Source of the DNA: an uncultured Planctomycetota bacterium
GTDB lineage: Bacteria; Planctomycetota; PLA2; JAEUHO01
Direction: 5' to 3'
NCBI GenBank assembly: GCA_963772585.1
Contig: CAVYXV010000013.1
Span: 62,555 to 126,554, forward strand
Length of the DNA stretch: 64,000 bases
Positions 8,266-16,753 of this stretch are shown one piece after another. The position numbers and the translations under genes are program-made. Each line of letters starts with the position of its first letter. The stretch's first letter is position 1. The notes below the pieces were generated by a model that was not told the DNA's origin, made no database searches, and worked only from the letters and a program-made list of their open reading frames with translations.

Positions 8266-11200
8266 CTACGACCCGGTGCCCTCCCGTCGCCGCCACGCCG
8301 CGAGGACGGCGCGGTGGATCGGGACGTTCTCCACGACCGAGTCGCGGTACGCGGCCGGAACGCGGGCGGCGAGAGCCCTCAGCTCCTGGTGGGCCGCTTC
8401 CAGGTATCCGATGTCGTGGGTCGCGCGCCACGCCTGGAAATCGGCCTCGATCTCGCTGATCGCGGTGACGGGGCCGTCGCGCGCGGCCACGAGCGCGCGG
8501 ATCGTCTCCGGCGTCGCGTGCGAGAGACCCGCCTCCCGGAGCCGGAGGATCCTCGCGGCGGGGTCGTCGGGCTCCGCGAGCGCCAGTGCCTCGTCGAACA
8601 GCGAACGGGCCCCCGCGGTGTCGCCCGCCTCCTCGGCGACCTCGGCCCGCACGGCGAGGGCGGGAGAGAAGAGTCCCAGGCGCCTGGCCTCCGGGTGCTC
8701 CGTCACCTCCTGCGCCAGGTGGTCGGCGCGGTCGAGGTTCCCGCGCACGAGATGGATCTTCGCGAGACGCAGCAGGACGTAGGCGGTGAGCCGCGGATCG
8801 CCGACCTCGAGCGCGATCCGCCGGCAGGCCTCCAACGCGTCCTGCGCGCCGTCCAGGTCGCCGAGCAGGCGGCGGACGTGCCCGAGATTCAGGAGCACGT
8901 TCGCCTCGCCCTGCCGGTTTCCGATCTCGCGCGACATGCCGAGCGCGCGTTCGTACGTCTCGAGCGCCTCCGCGTAGCCTCCCTGCGAGAGCAGCGAACC
9001 GCCGAGGTTCCCCAGCAGCATGGCCTCCTGGTAGCGGTCGCCGATGCTGCGGGCGAGGATGAGCGCCCGCTCGTAGCAGTCCCGCGCGGACAGGTACTCC
9101 CGCCGGTACGTGTGGACGTTGGCGATGTTTCCGAGTGCGGTCACCTCGGAGGCGGGGTCGCCGATCTCGCGGGCGATCTCGCGGTGGCGTCGGTGATTCG
9201 TGAGCGCCTCGTCGAGCCGGCCGCGGGTACGGAGGACGTTTCCGAGACTCCCCAACGCCGCGGCCTCGCCCGCGCGGTCGGCCCCACGGCGGGCCACGGC
9301 GAGCGCCTCCTCGAGGAGGCGCTCGCTCTCGTCGAGGCGTCCCAGGTAGTAGAGCGCGACGCCGAGGTGGAGGGCCGCGGCGCGGAGGGGGGAATCGCCG
9401 CCGGCTTCGCGCGCGAGGGAGAGCGCCTGGCGGAGCGTCTCCTCCGCCCCGGCGTAGTCGGACACCCGGATCCGGAACCAGCCGAGGTCCGTCAGGACCT
9501 CGGCCTGGAGCGACGGGTCGCCCGCCTTCCGGGCCAGGGCGAGCGCCCTTCGGAGCGCCGATTCCTGGGCGGCTCGCCGGCCGAGATGGCCGCAGCCGGC
9601 CGCCTCGCGCAGCAGGAGGCGGGTCCTCCGCTCCCCGCGCACGAGCCCGGGGACGGCGAGCGCCCGCTCGATCCGGTCCACCACCGCCTCGGTCCGGTAG
9701 GAGTAGCCCAGGTGGTCCAGGGCCCGATCGAGGAACGGCAAGGCGTCCTCCGGTCGCGCGCCCCGGAGATGGTGCGTGACCAGGAACACGCAGGTCCTCG
9801 GGTCGACCTCCTCGACGGGCTTCTCCCCCACCCCCTCCCGTTCGGCCAGGGCGGAGGCAAGAGCCGTGTGGTAGGCGACGCGAAGCGCCTGGGGAAGGGC
9901 GTCGTAGAGGACCTCCTGCACCTGGTGGTGGTCGAACCGGAGCAGCCGGCCCGCGCCGCGAACGAGGCCGCTTCGCCGCTCCACCTCCGCCAGCGCCTGG
10001 AGGACCAGGATCGGCTTCGACTCCAGGACGCGGGCGACGAGGTCGGGGTCGAACTCGAAGCCCTGCACCGCGGCGACGTCCAGGATCGCGCGGTCCGGGC
10101 GCTCGAGGTCCCTGGTGCGGGCCTGCACGAGATCGCGCACGGCGGACGGAACCTCGATCTCCCCGATCTCCTGCGTCTCCAGGTACGTCCCGTCGTCGGA
10201 GCGGGAGAGGTACCCCCCCTCCTCGAGGCCGCGGACCATCTCGAAGACGAAGAAGGGGACGCCGTCCGACTTGAAGGCGATCCGACCGCCCAACCGATCC
10301 GCGAGCGTGGCGCTCGCGAAGGCCTCGCGGAGGACCTCGATCACCTCGCGAGGGGACAGGCGGTCCAGGGCGAGGCGGCGGCAGTGCGGTAGCGCCGTGA
10401 GACGCGCGAGCTCGTCGTCGGCACGCCCCGGGCGCGTCGTCACGAGGAGGAGCACGGGCGCGGCGGCGATGGCCCTTGCCAGCGAGACGAAGAGGGCACG
10501 GCTCTCGGGCGGAGCGAAGTGGAGGTCCTCGACCACCCAGAGGACGGGCTTCTCGCGCGCGAGGGCGCGGACCAGTTGCACCATCAGGGTGTGCGGCGCG
10601 TCGCCCTCCAGTCGCCGCGCGCCGGGTGGGAGGTCGCCGTGGCGGACGAGGGCCGCGAAACCGGGGACGAGCTCCGGCATCGCATCGAGATAGGGTCGCA
10701 GCGCCTGGTCGAGCGTCGCGTCCCCGAACCGTTCGACGATCGCGTCGGAGAACGCGCCCAGGCCGGACGTCGGAAGATAGGCGCCGTAGAGGACGTGCGC
10801 ATCGACGTCGCCGACGCGCTCGATCGCCGCATCCACGAAGCGGGTCTTCCCGATGCCCGCCTCGCCCTCGAGCACGACGACGCGGCCATGACCACGCGTC
10901 GCCTCCTTCCACCACCCGGCGAAGGCGGCGAGCTCCGCGTCCCGGCCGCGGACCGCCGTGTCCCGCCGCACGGGAATCTCCGGCCGAACGACCTGGGAGG
11001 CGAGCAGCGCCTTCTCCCGCCCGACCCACCACCGGGAGCGCTCTCCCTCGGCGAGGACCCTCGCCAGCATCGAGGCGGTCGAGAAGCGGTCCTGGGGACG
11101 CTTGGCGAGGAGCGTCGCGATCACCTCGGAGAGGAACACGGACACCGCCGGGCGGCAGTGGTGCACGGGCGACGGCGTCTCCCGGAGATGCGCGTGGATC

Positions 11201-12021
11201 GTCGTCGCGATGTCCGTCCTGCGAAACGGATTGCCGCCGGTGGCCATCTCGTAGAGGACCACGCCCAGGGCGTACAGGTCGGCGGAGGGCCCCGCGTCTT
11301 CGTGGCGGAACTGCTCGGGCGCAGCGTAGTGGACCGAGCCGGCGAAGTGCCCCGGCGCCGTCAGACCAGAGGTTCCGTCCACCAGCCGGGCCACGCCGAG
11401 GTCCATGATGCAGACGCGCTGCGAGTCGGTGACGAGCACGTTCTCGGGCTTCAGATCGCGGTGGACGATGCCCTGGGCGTGGATCGCCGTGAGGCCCGAG
11501 GCGATCTGACGCGCGAGCTCGCGGAGGAGCAGCTCGGGGACGCACCCCAGATCGAGGAGCATCCGTCGGAGCGTGCGGCCCTCGACGAACTCCATCGCGA
11601 TGTAGAGGACGCTCCTCCCGTCGAGACGGGACTCGCCGGCGTCGAGCGTCCGGACCACGTGTTCGTCGCAAACCTTCCGGCCGATGTCCGCCTCGCGGAG
11701 GAACCGGCGCACGAAGGCGGGCTGGTCCACGAGGTGCGGGTGGATGACCTTGAGGGCGACGACGCGGCCCGGCGGCATGCCGCCGGCGGGTTCCACCACG
11801 GCGGCGCGGTAGACGGTCCCCATCCCGCCCGATCCGATCTCGGCCTCGATGCGATAGGGACCCAACCGGTCCAACGCCCGCCTCCGCGCCTCGCGCAGGG
11901 ATCGCGCGCACGGATCATGCCGGATCGCGCCCCGGATCGCGACCCGGATCGCGACGTCCGGGCTGCGGCGTGGGTCGGAGTGGGAGGTGCCCGCGGCCGA
12001 GGAGCCGCGGGCACCGGACAT
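8266..12021 (-). CDS. STAND-type Ser/Thr protein kinase (kinase - P-loop NTPase - TPR repeats)
   Basis: Kinase subdomains (GSGGMGTVY, VALKVI, HRDLKPENVL, DLGVAR, APE). Walker A (LEGEAGIGKTRF). Long C-terminal TPR array. Start is uncertain: the first ATG is at 12021, and the ORF reaches 12144 from a GTG. Confidence 0.85.
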   Translation of the reverse strand: MSGARGSSAAGTSHSDPRRSPDVAIRVAIRGAIRHDPCARSLREARRRALDRLGPYRIEAEIGSGGMGTVYRAAVVEPAGGMPPGRVVALKVIHPHLVDQPAFVRRFLREADIGRKVCDEHVVRTLDAGESRLDGRSVLYIAMEFVEGRTLRRMLLDLGCVPELLLRELARQIASGLTAIHAQGIVHRDLKPENVLVTDSQRVCIMDLGVARLVDGTSGLTAPGHFAGSVHYAAPEQFRHEDAGPSADLYALGVVLYEMATGGNPFRRTDIATTIHAHLRETPSPVHHCRPAVSVFLSEVIATLLAKRPQDRFSTASMLARVLAEGERSRWWVGREKALLASQVVRPEIPVRRDTAVRGRDAELAAFAGWWKEATRGHGRVVVLEGEAGIGKTRFVDAAIERVGDVDAHVLYGAYLPTSGLGAFSDAIVERFGDATLDQALRPYLDAMPELVPGFAALVRHGDLPPGARRLEGDAPHTLMVQLVRALAREKPVLWVVEDLHFAPPESRALFVSLARAIAAAPVLLLVTTRPGRADDELARLTALPHCRRLALDRLSPREVIEVLREAFASATLADRLGGRIAFKSDGVPFFVFEMVRGLEEGGYLSRSDDGTYLETQEIGEIEVPSAVRDLVQARTRDLERPDRAILDVAAVQGFEFDPDLVARVLESKPILVLQALAEVERRSGLVRGAGRLLRFDHHQVQEVLYDALPQALRVAYHTALASALAEREGVGEKPVEEVDPRTCVFLVTHHLRGARPEDALPFLDRALDHLGYSYRTEAVVDRIERALAVPGLVRGERRTRLLLREAAGCGHLGRRAAQESALRRALALARKAGDPSLQAEVLTDLGWFRIRVSDYAGAEETLRQALSLAREAGGDSPLRAAALHLGVALYYLGRLDESERLLEEALAVARRGADRAGEAAALGSLGNVLRTRGRLDEALTNHRRHREIAREIGDPASEVTALGNIANVHTYRREYLSARDCYERALILARSIGDRYQEAMLLGNLGGSLLSQGGYAEALETYERALGMSREIGNRQGEANVLLNLGHVRRLLGDLDGAQDALEACRRIALEVGDPRLTAYVLLRLAKIHLVRGNLDRADHLAQEVTEHPEARRLGLFSPALAVRAEVAEEAGDTAGARSLFDEALALAEPDDPAARILRLREAGLSHATPETIRALVAARDGPVTAISEIEADFQAWRATHDIGYLEAAHQELRALAARVPAAYRDSVVENVPIHRAVLAAWRRREGTGS
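11920..11955. repeat. 12-bp x3 tandem repeat (CCGGATCGCGMC) in the kinase 5' region
   Basis: ccggatcgcgcc / ccggatcgcgac / ccggatcgcgac; in the kinase ORF frame it reads AIRVAIRGAIR. Confidence 0.7.
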
Positions 12022-12311
12022 TCCAAGCCACACCGGGATCGGGACGGGCCGTATCCTCGCCGGCCGTATCCCAGGGCACCGTTCGCTTGCGGCCGAAGGC
12101 GCCCTCCCTTCCCCCGAACGGAAGGCGAGGCCGAAACCGGACACCCGCCGCCCCGGTCACTAGGCAGAAAGTCCCGATTGCTCCCGCCGTTCCCCGCGCA
12201 TGCGGCCCGGCTTGCGGGGGTTCCCGACCCCGGATCGGGCGCCGTCGCGAGTGGTATGCTCGCCACCCGATGTTCGCCATGGACTTCGGGATGCACGACC
12301 GGGGGGGTCGA

Positions 12312-12646
12312 CTGAGAGAACGTGAAGAAATCGAAGTCCGGGGCTTCGGCCGGCTGCGGGACCACGATGCTGCGTTGCTCGTCGTCAGCGACCCACGGTG
12401 GGGTCGCCTCCTCCTCGCGCCTTGCCTCGTGGCCCCTCGCTCGGCCTCGGGCCCTCGGCCCATTTCTTCACGCCCTCTGAGAGAACGTGAAGAAATCGAA
12501 GTCCGGGGCTTCGGCCGGCTGCGGGACCACGATGCTGCGTTGCTCGTCGTCAGCGACCCACGGTGGGGTCGCCTCCTCCTCGCGCCTTGCCTCGTGGCCC
12601 CTCGCTCGGCCTCGGGCCCTCGGCCCCTTCCTTCACAGCCTCTGAG
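12312..12646. repeat. 165-bp tandem duplication (2.03 near-identical copies) in a divergent intergenic region
   Basis: Copy 1 at 12312-12476, copy 2 at 12477-12641, and the first 5 nt of a third. The two copies differ only in the last ~15 nt. Open in several frames (ORF 11970..12719 reads the same 55-aa peptide twice). A related copy lies at 31464-31590. Confidence 0.9.
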
Positions 12647-12761
12647 ATGGCCGCACTCATCCGGGGCGGTGCGCGACCGGGGCAGGACCTCGCCACCGGG
12701 CGTCGCGCTACCGCCGTGAAGCACGCTCCACGCCTCGCAACCGCGAAGGGACAGCCGCACC

Positions 12762-13940
12762 ATGATGACGCCGCTCCACATGCAGGACCTCGAAGCACTT
12801 CTCGCGCACCGCGAAGGTCCCTGCGTCTCCATCTACATGCCGACGCATCGCACGGGTCACGAGATGCAGCAGGACACGATCCGTCTCAAGAACCTCCTCA
12901 AGGCCTCGGAACGCGAGCTCCAGGGCGTGGCAATTCGGGAGACGTCGGCGCAGGAGATCCTGAAGCCGGCCCGTGACCTGTTGAACGAGGGACCGTTCTG
13001 GGAGAACCTCGGGGACGGGCTCGCCGTGTTCCTCGCACCGGGGTTCTCGCGCATCTACCGCCTTCCCGCGCCCTTCAGCGAGCTCCACGTCGTCGCCGGC
13101 GCATTCCACGTGAAGCGGCTCCTCCCGATCGTGGGCGGCGACGGGCGCTTCTACGTCCTGGCGCTCAGCCAGAACGAAGTGCGCCTGCTACGGGGCACGC
13201 GATTCCACGTGGAGGAACTGGAGCCCGACGGCATGCCCAAGAGCCTGCGGGAAGCGCTCTGGATGGACCACCCCGAGAAGAGCCTCCAGTTCCACACGGG
13301 CTCCTCCGCCGCCACGACGGGCGACGGAGGCTCCCGGCGAGCGGCCGTCTTCCACGGGCAGGGCGGGCCCGCCGCCATCGAGAAGTCGAAGCTGGAGCGG
13401 TACTTCCGCCGCGTCGACGACGGCCTGAGGGAGCACCTGGCCAACGGCAAGGACCCCCTCGTCCTCGCCGGCGTGGATCACTACTTCCCGATCTACCGGG
13501 AGATCAGCAAGGTCCCGACCCTGGAGAAGGAGGGCGTCCCCGGCAACCCGGAGAAACTCAGCATGAGGGAGCTCCACGACCGCGCCTGGGCCATCGTCGA
13601 ACCCCAGTTCCGGAAGGCCGAGACCGACGCGATCGACCGCTACCGGGCGCACGCCGGCCAGGGCAAGACGGCGGCGGGCCTCGAAGCCGTCCTCCCGGCC
13701 GCGCACCATGGTCGGGTGGACACGCTGCTGGTCGCCGCCGGTCGCCAGCAGTGGGGCGCGTGGGTCGCCGGGAGTGGCGCCGACGGGAGCGTCGTCATCC
13801 ACGATCACTACGAGCAGGGCGACCGCGACCTGCTCGACGTCGCGGCGGCCGCCACCTTGAAGTCGGGCGGTCGGGTCTTCCCCCTGGCGGTGGAACGGAT
13901 TCCCGACGGCGCGGATGCGCTGGCCATCCTCCGCTACTGA
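12762..13940 (+). CDS. eRF1/Pelota-like (bacterial aeRF1-type, baeRF family) protein
   Basis: ATG-ATG start with AAGGGA 10 nt upstream. Central segment AVFHGQGGPAAIEKSKLERYFRRV resembles the eRF1 GGQ loop (HGRGGQSALRFARLR). C-terminal GRVDTLLVAAG matches the eRF1/Dom34 domain-3 signature VETLLV. Confidence 0.65.
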   Translation: MMTPLHMQDLEALLAHREGPCVSIYMPTHRTGHEMQQDTIRLKNLLKASERELQGVAIRETSAQEILKPARDLLNEGPFWENLGDGLAVFLAPGFSRIYRLPAPFSELHVVAGAFHVKRLLPIVGGDGRFYVLALSQNEVRLLRGTRFHVEELEPDGMPKSLREALWMDHPEKSLQFHTGSSAATTGDGGSRRAAVFHGQGGPAAIEKSKLERYFRRVDDGLREHLANGKDPLVLAGVDHYFPIYREISKVPTLEKEGVPGNPEKLSMRELHDRAWAIVEPQFRKAETDAIDRYRAHAGQGKTAAGLEAVLPAAHHGRVDTLLVAAGRQQWGAWVAGSGADGSVVIHDHYEQGDRDLLDVAAAATLKSGGRVFPLAVERIPDGADALAILRY

Positions 13941-14007
13941 GGGCCCGGCCGCGCTCCGCCCGCCCCGCCTCCGGGCGTAGGCTGAATCGCCCCCCGGAGG
14001 ACCCATC

Positions 14008-14928
14008 ATGCGCAGAAGCACGCTCCTGCTCCTCGTCGCGGGCCTCTTCGCCCTCGGTGCCTGCGGCGATCGGGGAAGCCCCGCGACAGGACGGACGCGA
14101 CGGGACGGCCCGCCCGTCGTCTACACCGTGAATTACCCGCTCGCCTACTTCGCCGAGCGCATCGGGGGAAAGGCCGTGGACGTCCACTTCCCGGTCCCCG
14201 CGGACATGGATCCGGCCTGGTGGACGCCGACGCCGGAGGAGATCGCCAGGTTCCAGGAGGCCGACCTGATCCTCCTGAACGGCGCGACGTACGCCAAGTG
14301 GGTCCTGAAGGCCTCGCTCCCGGCGTCCCGCGTCGTCGACACCTCCGCGAGCGTGGCGGACCGCTACATCCAGATGAAGGGTGTGATCACCCACTCGCAC
14401 GGACCGGAAGGGAAGCACACCCACAAGGGAACGGCCTTCACCACGTGGCTCGATCCGAACATCGCCGTGGTCCAGGCGAAAGCCGTGCTGGAGGCGCTCG
14501 TGAAGCTCGTGCCGGCCGAGACGAAGACCTTCGAAGACCGTTTCGACGGGATCGAAAGGGACCTGAGGGATGTCGCCGACGCCATCCGCATGGCGGTGGC
14601 GCAGGATCCGAGTCGTCCCGTGCTCTTCTCCCATCCCGTCTACCAGTACCTCGAACGAGCCTTCTCGATGAACGGTCGCTCCGTCCACTGGGAGTCGAAC
14701 GAGGAACCGGACGAGAACATGTGGAAGGAGCTCGACGCGCTCCTGGCCGAGCATCCCGCGAAGGTCATGATCTGGGAGAGCCCGCCGCTCCCCGACGTGG
14801 TGACGGAACTCGAGCACCGGGAAGTGAAGAGCGTCGTCTTCGACCCGGGCGGCAACAAGCCGAGCACCGGAGATTTCCTCACGCTGATGAAGGCGGGCGC
14901 GGAGGCGCTCCACGAGGCCTACCAGTAG
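14008..14928 (+). CDS. metal (Zn/Mn) ABC transporter substrate-binding lipoprotein, ZnuA/TroA family
   Basis: GGAGGA RBS, lipobox LFALGAC, His-rich metal-site loop (HSHGPEGKHTHKG), overall TroA-like motifs. Confidence 0.8.
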   Translation: MRRSTLLLLVAGLFALGACGDRGSPATGRTRRDGPPVVYTVNYPLAYFAERIGGKAVDVHFPVPADMDPAWWTPTPEEIARFQEADLILLNGATYAKWVLKASLPASRVVDTSASVADRYIQMKGVITHSHGPEGKHTHKGTAFTTWLDPNIAVVQAKAVLEALVKLVPAETKTFEDRFDGIERDLRDVADAIRMAVAQDPSRPVLFSHPVYQYLERAFSMNGRSVHWESNEEPDENMWKELDALLAEHPAKVMIWESPPLPDVVTELEHREVKSVVFDPGGNKPSTGDFLTLMKAGAEALHEAYQ

Positions 14929-14956
14929 GGCGTACGAGCAGGGCATACGAGCACGC

Positions 14957-15727
14957 GTGGCCGGGGTTCCGCTCGTTCGCTGGCTCTCCCGCGCGAACGT
15001 CGCGTCGCGCCGGGAGGCGCGGGACCTCGTTCGGGCCGGACGCGTCGCGGTGAACGGCCGCGTGCAGACGGACGGCGCCGTCCGCGTGGACGCGGCCCTC
15101 GACCGCGTGACGGTGGACGGACGCCTCGTCCGCGCCCCCGACCCCGAACGGGACCTCGAGTGGTGGGCCGTGAACAAGCCGCGCGGCGTCGTCGCCACCA
15201 CCGCCGACCCGGAGGGCCGCCCGACCGTCATGGACATCGTGCTCCCGCCCCGCGCCCCGGGACTCGCGCCCGTGGGGCGGCTGGACATGGCGAGCGCGGG
15301 CCTGCTTCTCCTCACCAACGACTCGCTGCTCGCGGCTGCGCTCCTCCAGCCGGAGCACCACGTGCCGAGGGTCTACAGGGTGAAGGCGCGCGGGCACCCC
15401 TCGGCCGAAACGCTGCGGCGGTGGCGGGAGGACACCCTGGTGGTCGGCACCCTCCGGCTGGGGCCGATGGCGGTTGCGATCGAACGCGAGGCTCCCCGTT
15501 CGACGTGGCTCGAGATCGCGTTGACGGAGGGGAAGAACCGTCAGATCCGACGCCGCCTCGAGGCCGAGGGACACCCCGTGGAGATCCTCGTCCGCGTGGC
15601 CTTCGGTCCGATCCGCCTGGGAACGCTGGAGAAGGGGGCGGCGCGCCGCCTCGGCGCGGACGAGGTCACCGCGCTCGCGACGGCCTGCGGTGGCGTCTCC
15701 AGGGCGCCCCGTACCCCCCGGTCGTGA
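14957..15727 (+). CDS. pseudouridine synthase, RsuA/RluB family (S4 domain + PseudoU_synth_2)
   Basis: GTG start. S4-like N-terminus (ARDLVRAGRVAVNGR). Catalytic region GRLDMASAGLLLLTND. KNRQIRR motif. Confidence 0.85.
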   Translation: MAGVPLVRWLSRANVASRREARDLVRAGRVAVNGRVQTDGAVRVDAALDRVTVDGRLVRAPDPERDLEWWAVNKPRGVVATTADPEGRPTVMDIVLPPRAPGLAPVGRLDMASAGLLLLTNDSLLAAALLQPEHHVPRVYRVKARGHPSAETLRRWREDTLVVGTLRLGPMAVAIEREAPRSTWLEIALTEGKNRQIRRRLEAEGHPVEILVRVAFGPIRLGTLEKGAARRLGADEVTALATACGGVSRAPRTPRS

Positions 15728-15801
15728 CGGCGACCAGGGCGCTGGGGATGGGCGCACGGCGGGTGACGTGCTCGGAAGGTGGATACGCTGGCCATCGAGC
15801 G

Positions 15802-15842
15802 CCCCCCCCCGCGCGCGCGACAGAGAGAGAGAGAGAGAGAGG
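15802..15842. repeat. simple-sequence repeats C9 - (GC)4 - (AG)10 immediately 5' of the reductase start codon
   Basis: gccccccccc gcgcgcgcg acagagagagagagagagagagg ends 8 nt before ATG 15850; the (AG)n run doubles as the purine-rich RBS. Confidence 0.9.
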
Positions 15843-15849
15843 AGCCGGC

Positions 15850-16740
15850 ATGGAGAAGCGATGGTTCGGTCGGACCGACATGGAAGTGAGCGTCCTCGGG
15901 TTCGGGGGCGCCGAGATCGGCCTCGAACGGGCATCGGTCGCGACGGCGACCCGCCTGCTCCGCCAGGCGCTCGACGACGGGCTCGACGTCATCGACACGG
16001 CGGAGTGCTACGAGGACAGCGAGACGCTGATCGGCCGCGCGGTCGCCGACCGGCGGAGGGACTTCCACCTCTTCACGAAGTGCGGCCATCCGGAGGGCTT
16101 TGGGACGGAGGACTGGCGCCCGGCATCGATCCTCGCCAGTATCGAGCGGAGCCTGAAACGCCTGCGCACCGACCACGTCGATCTCGTCCAACTCCACAGT
16201 TGCGGGGCGGAGGAGTTGCAGAAGGGCGACGCGATCACCGCGCTTCTCCGCGCGAAGGAGAAGGGTCACACGCGCTACATCGGGTACAGCGGCGACGGCG
16301 AGGCGGCCCGGGTAGCGATCGGGAGCGGCGCCTTCGACGCCCTCCAGACCTCGGTCAGCATCGTGGACCAGGAGGCGATCGAGCGCACGTTGCCGCTCGC
16401 GCGGGAGCGGGGGCTGGGGGTCGTCGCGAAGCGACCCATCGGCAACGCGGTATGGCGCTACGACGGGCCGCCCGACAACGCGTACCACCAGCCGTACTGG
16501 GAGCGATGGCAAGCGCTGGCGTACCCGTTCGCGAAGGAGGGAGACCCCGCCCGCACGGCGCTTCGCTTCACGCTGGGCGTGCCGGGCGTTGCCACGATGA
16601 TCGTCGGGACGAACCGGCCCGGTCGCTGGCGAGAGAACGCCCGGGTCCTCGAGGAGGGGCCCCTGTCCGAGGAGGTCTTCGAGCGCATCCGCGAGCGCTG
16701 GCGGGAGGTCGCCGGCCCCGCGTGGGGCGGCCAGACGTAG
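15850..16740 (+). CDS. aldo/keto reductase
   Basis: GFGGAEIG, DTAECYEDSE, HLFTKCG, LQLHSCG motifs of the AKR superfamily. Confidence 0.85.
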   Translation: MEKRWFGRTDMEVSVLGFGGAEIGLERASVATATRLLRQALDDGLDVIDTAECYEDSETLIGRAVADRRRDFHLFTKCGHPEGFGTEDWRPASILASIERSLKRLRTDHVDLVQLHSCGAEELQKGDAITALLRAKEKGHTRYIGYSGDGEAARVAIGSGAFDALQTSVSIVDQEAIERTLPLARERGLGVVAKRPIGNAVWRYDGPPDNAYHQPYWERWQALAYPFAKEGDPARTALRFTLGVPGVATMIVGTNRPGRWRENARVLEEGPLSEEVFERIRERWREVAGPAWGGQT

Positions 16741-16753
16741 CCCGCGCCCCGCC

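Noticed and set aside
6313-10392. 1359-aa plus-strand ORF antisense to the HEAT and kinase genes
   Set aside because: Arg/Glu/Gly-rich junk translation antisense to a well-supported kinase with full motif complement.
4784-11911. 2375-aa minus-strand ORF, the longest in the track
   Set aside because: Its translation is low-complexity Arg/Pro/Gly-rich with no domains. It overlaps recognisable genes on both strands (alpha/beta hydrolase, HEAT protein, kinase). Wrong-frame ORFs of this kind are expected at 70% GC.
11970-12719. 249-aa ORF reading through the 165-bp tandem repeat (repeated peptide REREEIEVRGFGRLRDHDAALLVVSDPRWGRLLLAPCLVAPRSASGPRP)
   Set aside because: The openness follows from the repeat length (165 = 55 codons). 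The peptide has no recognisable domain and no RBS. It is kept as a possibility only in the repeat finding.
13941-14012. Possible RBS-sequestering hairpin (CCTCCGGG ... CCCGGAGG) upstream of the ZnuA-like gene
   Set aside because: Only an 8-bp GC stem whose downstream arm overlaps the GGAGGA Shine-Dalgarno. No Zur-box-like AT-rich palindrome is present. Too weak to call, and the coordinates are approximate.
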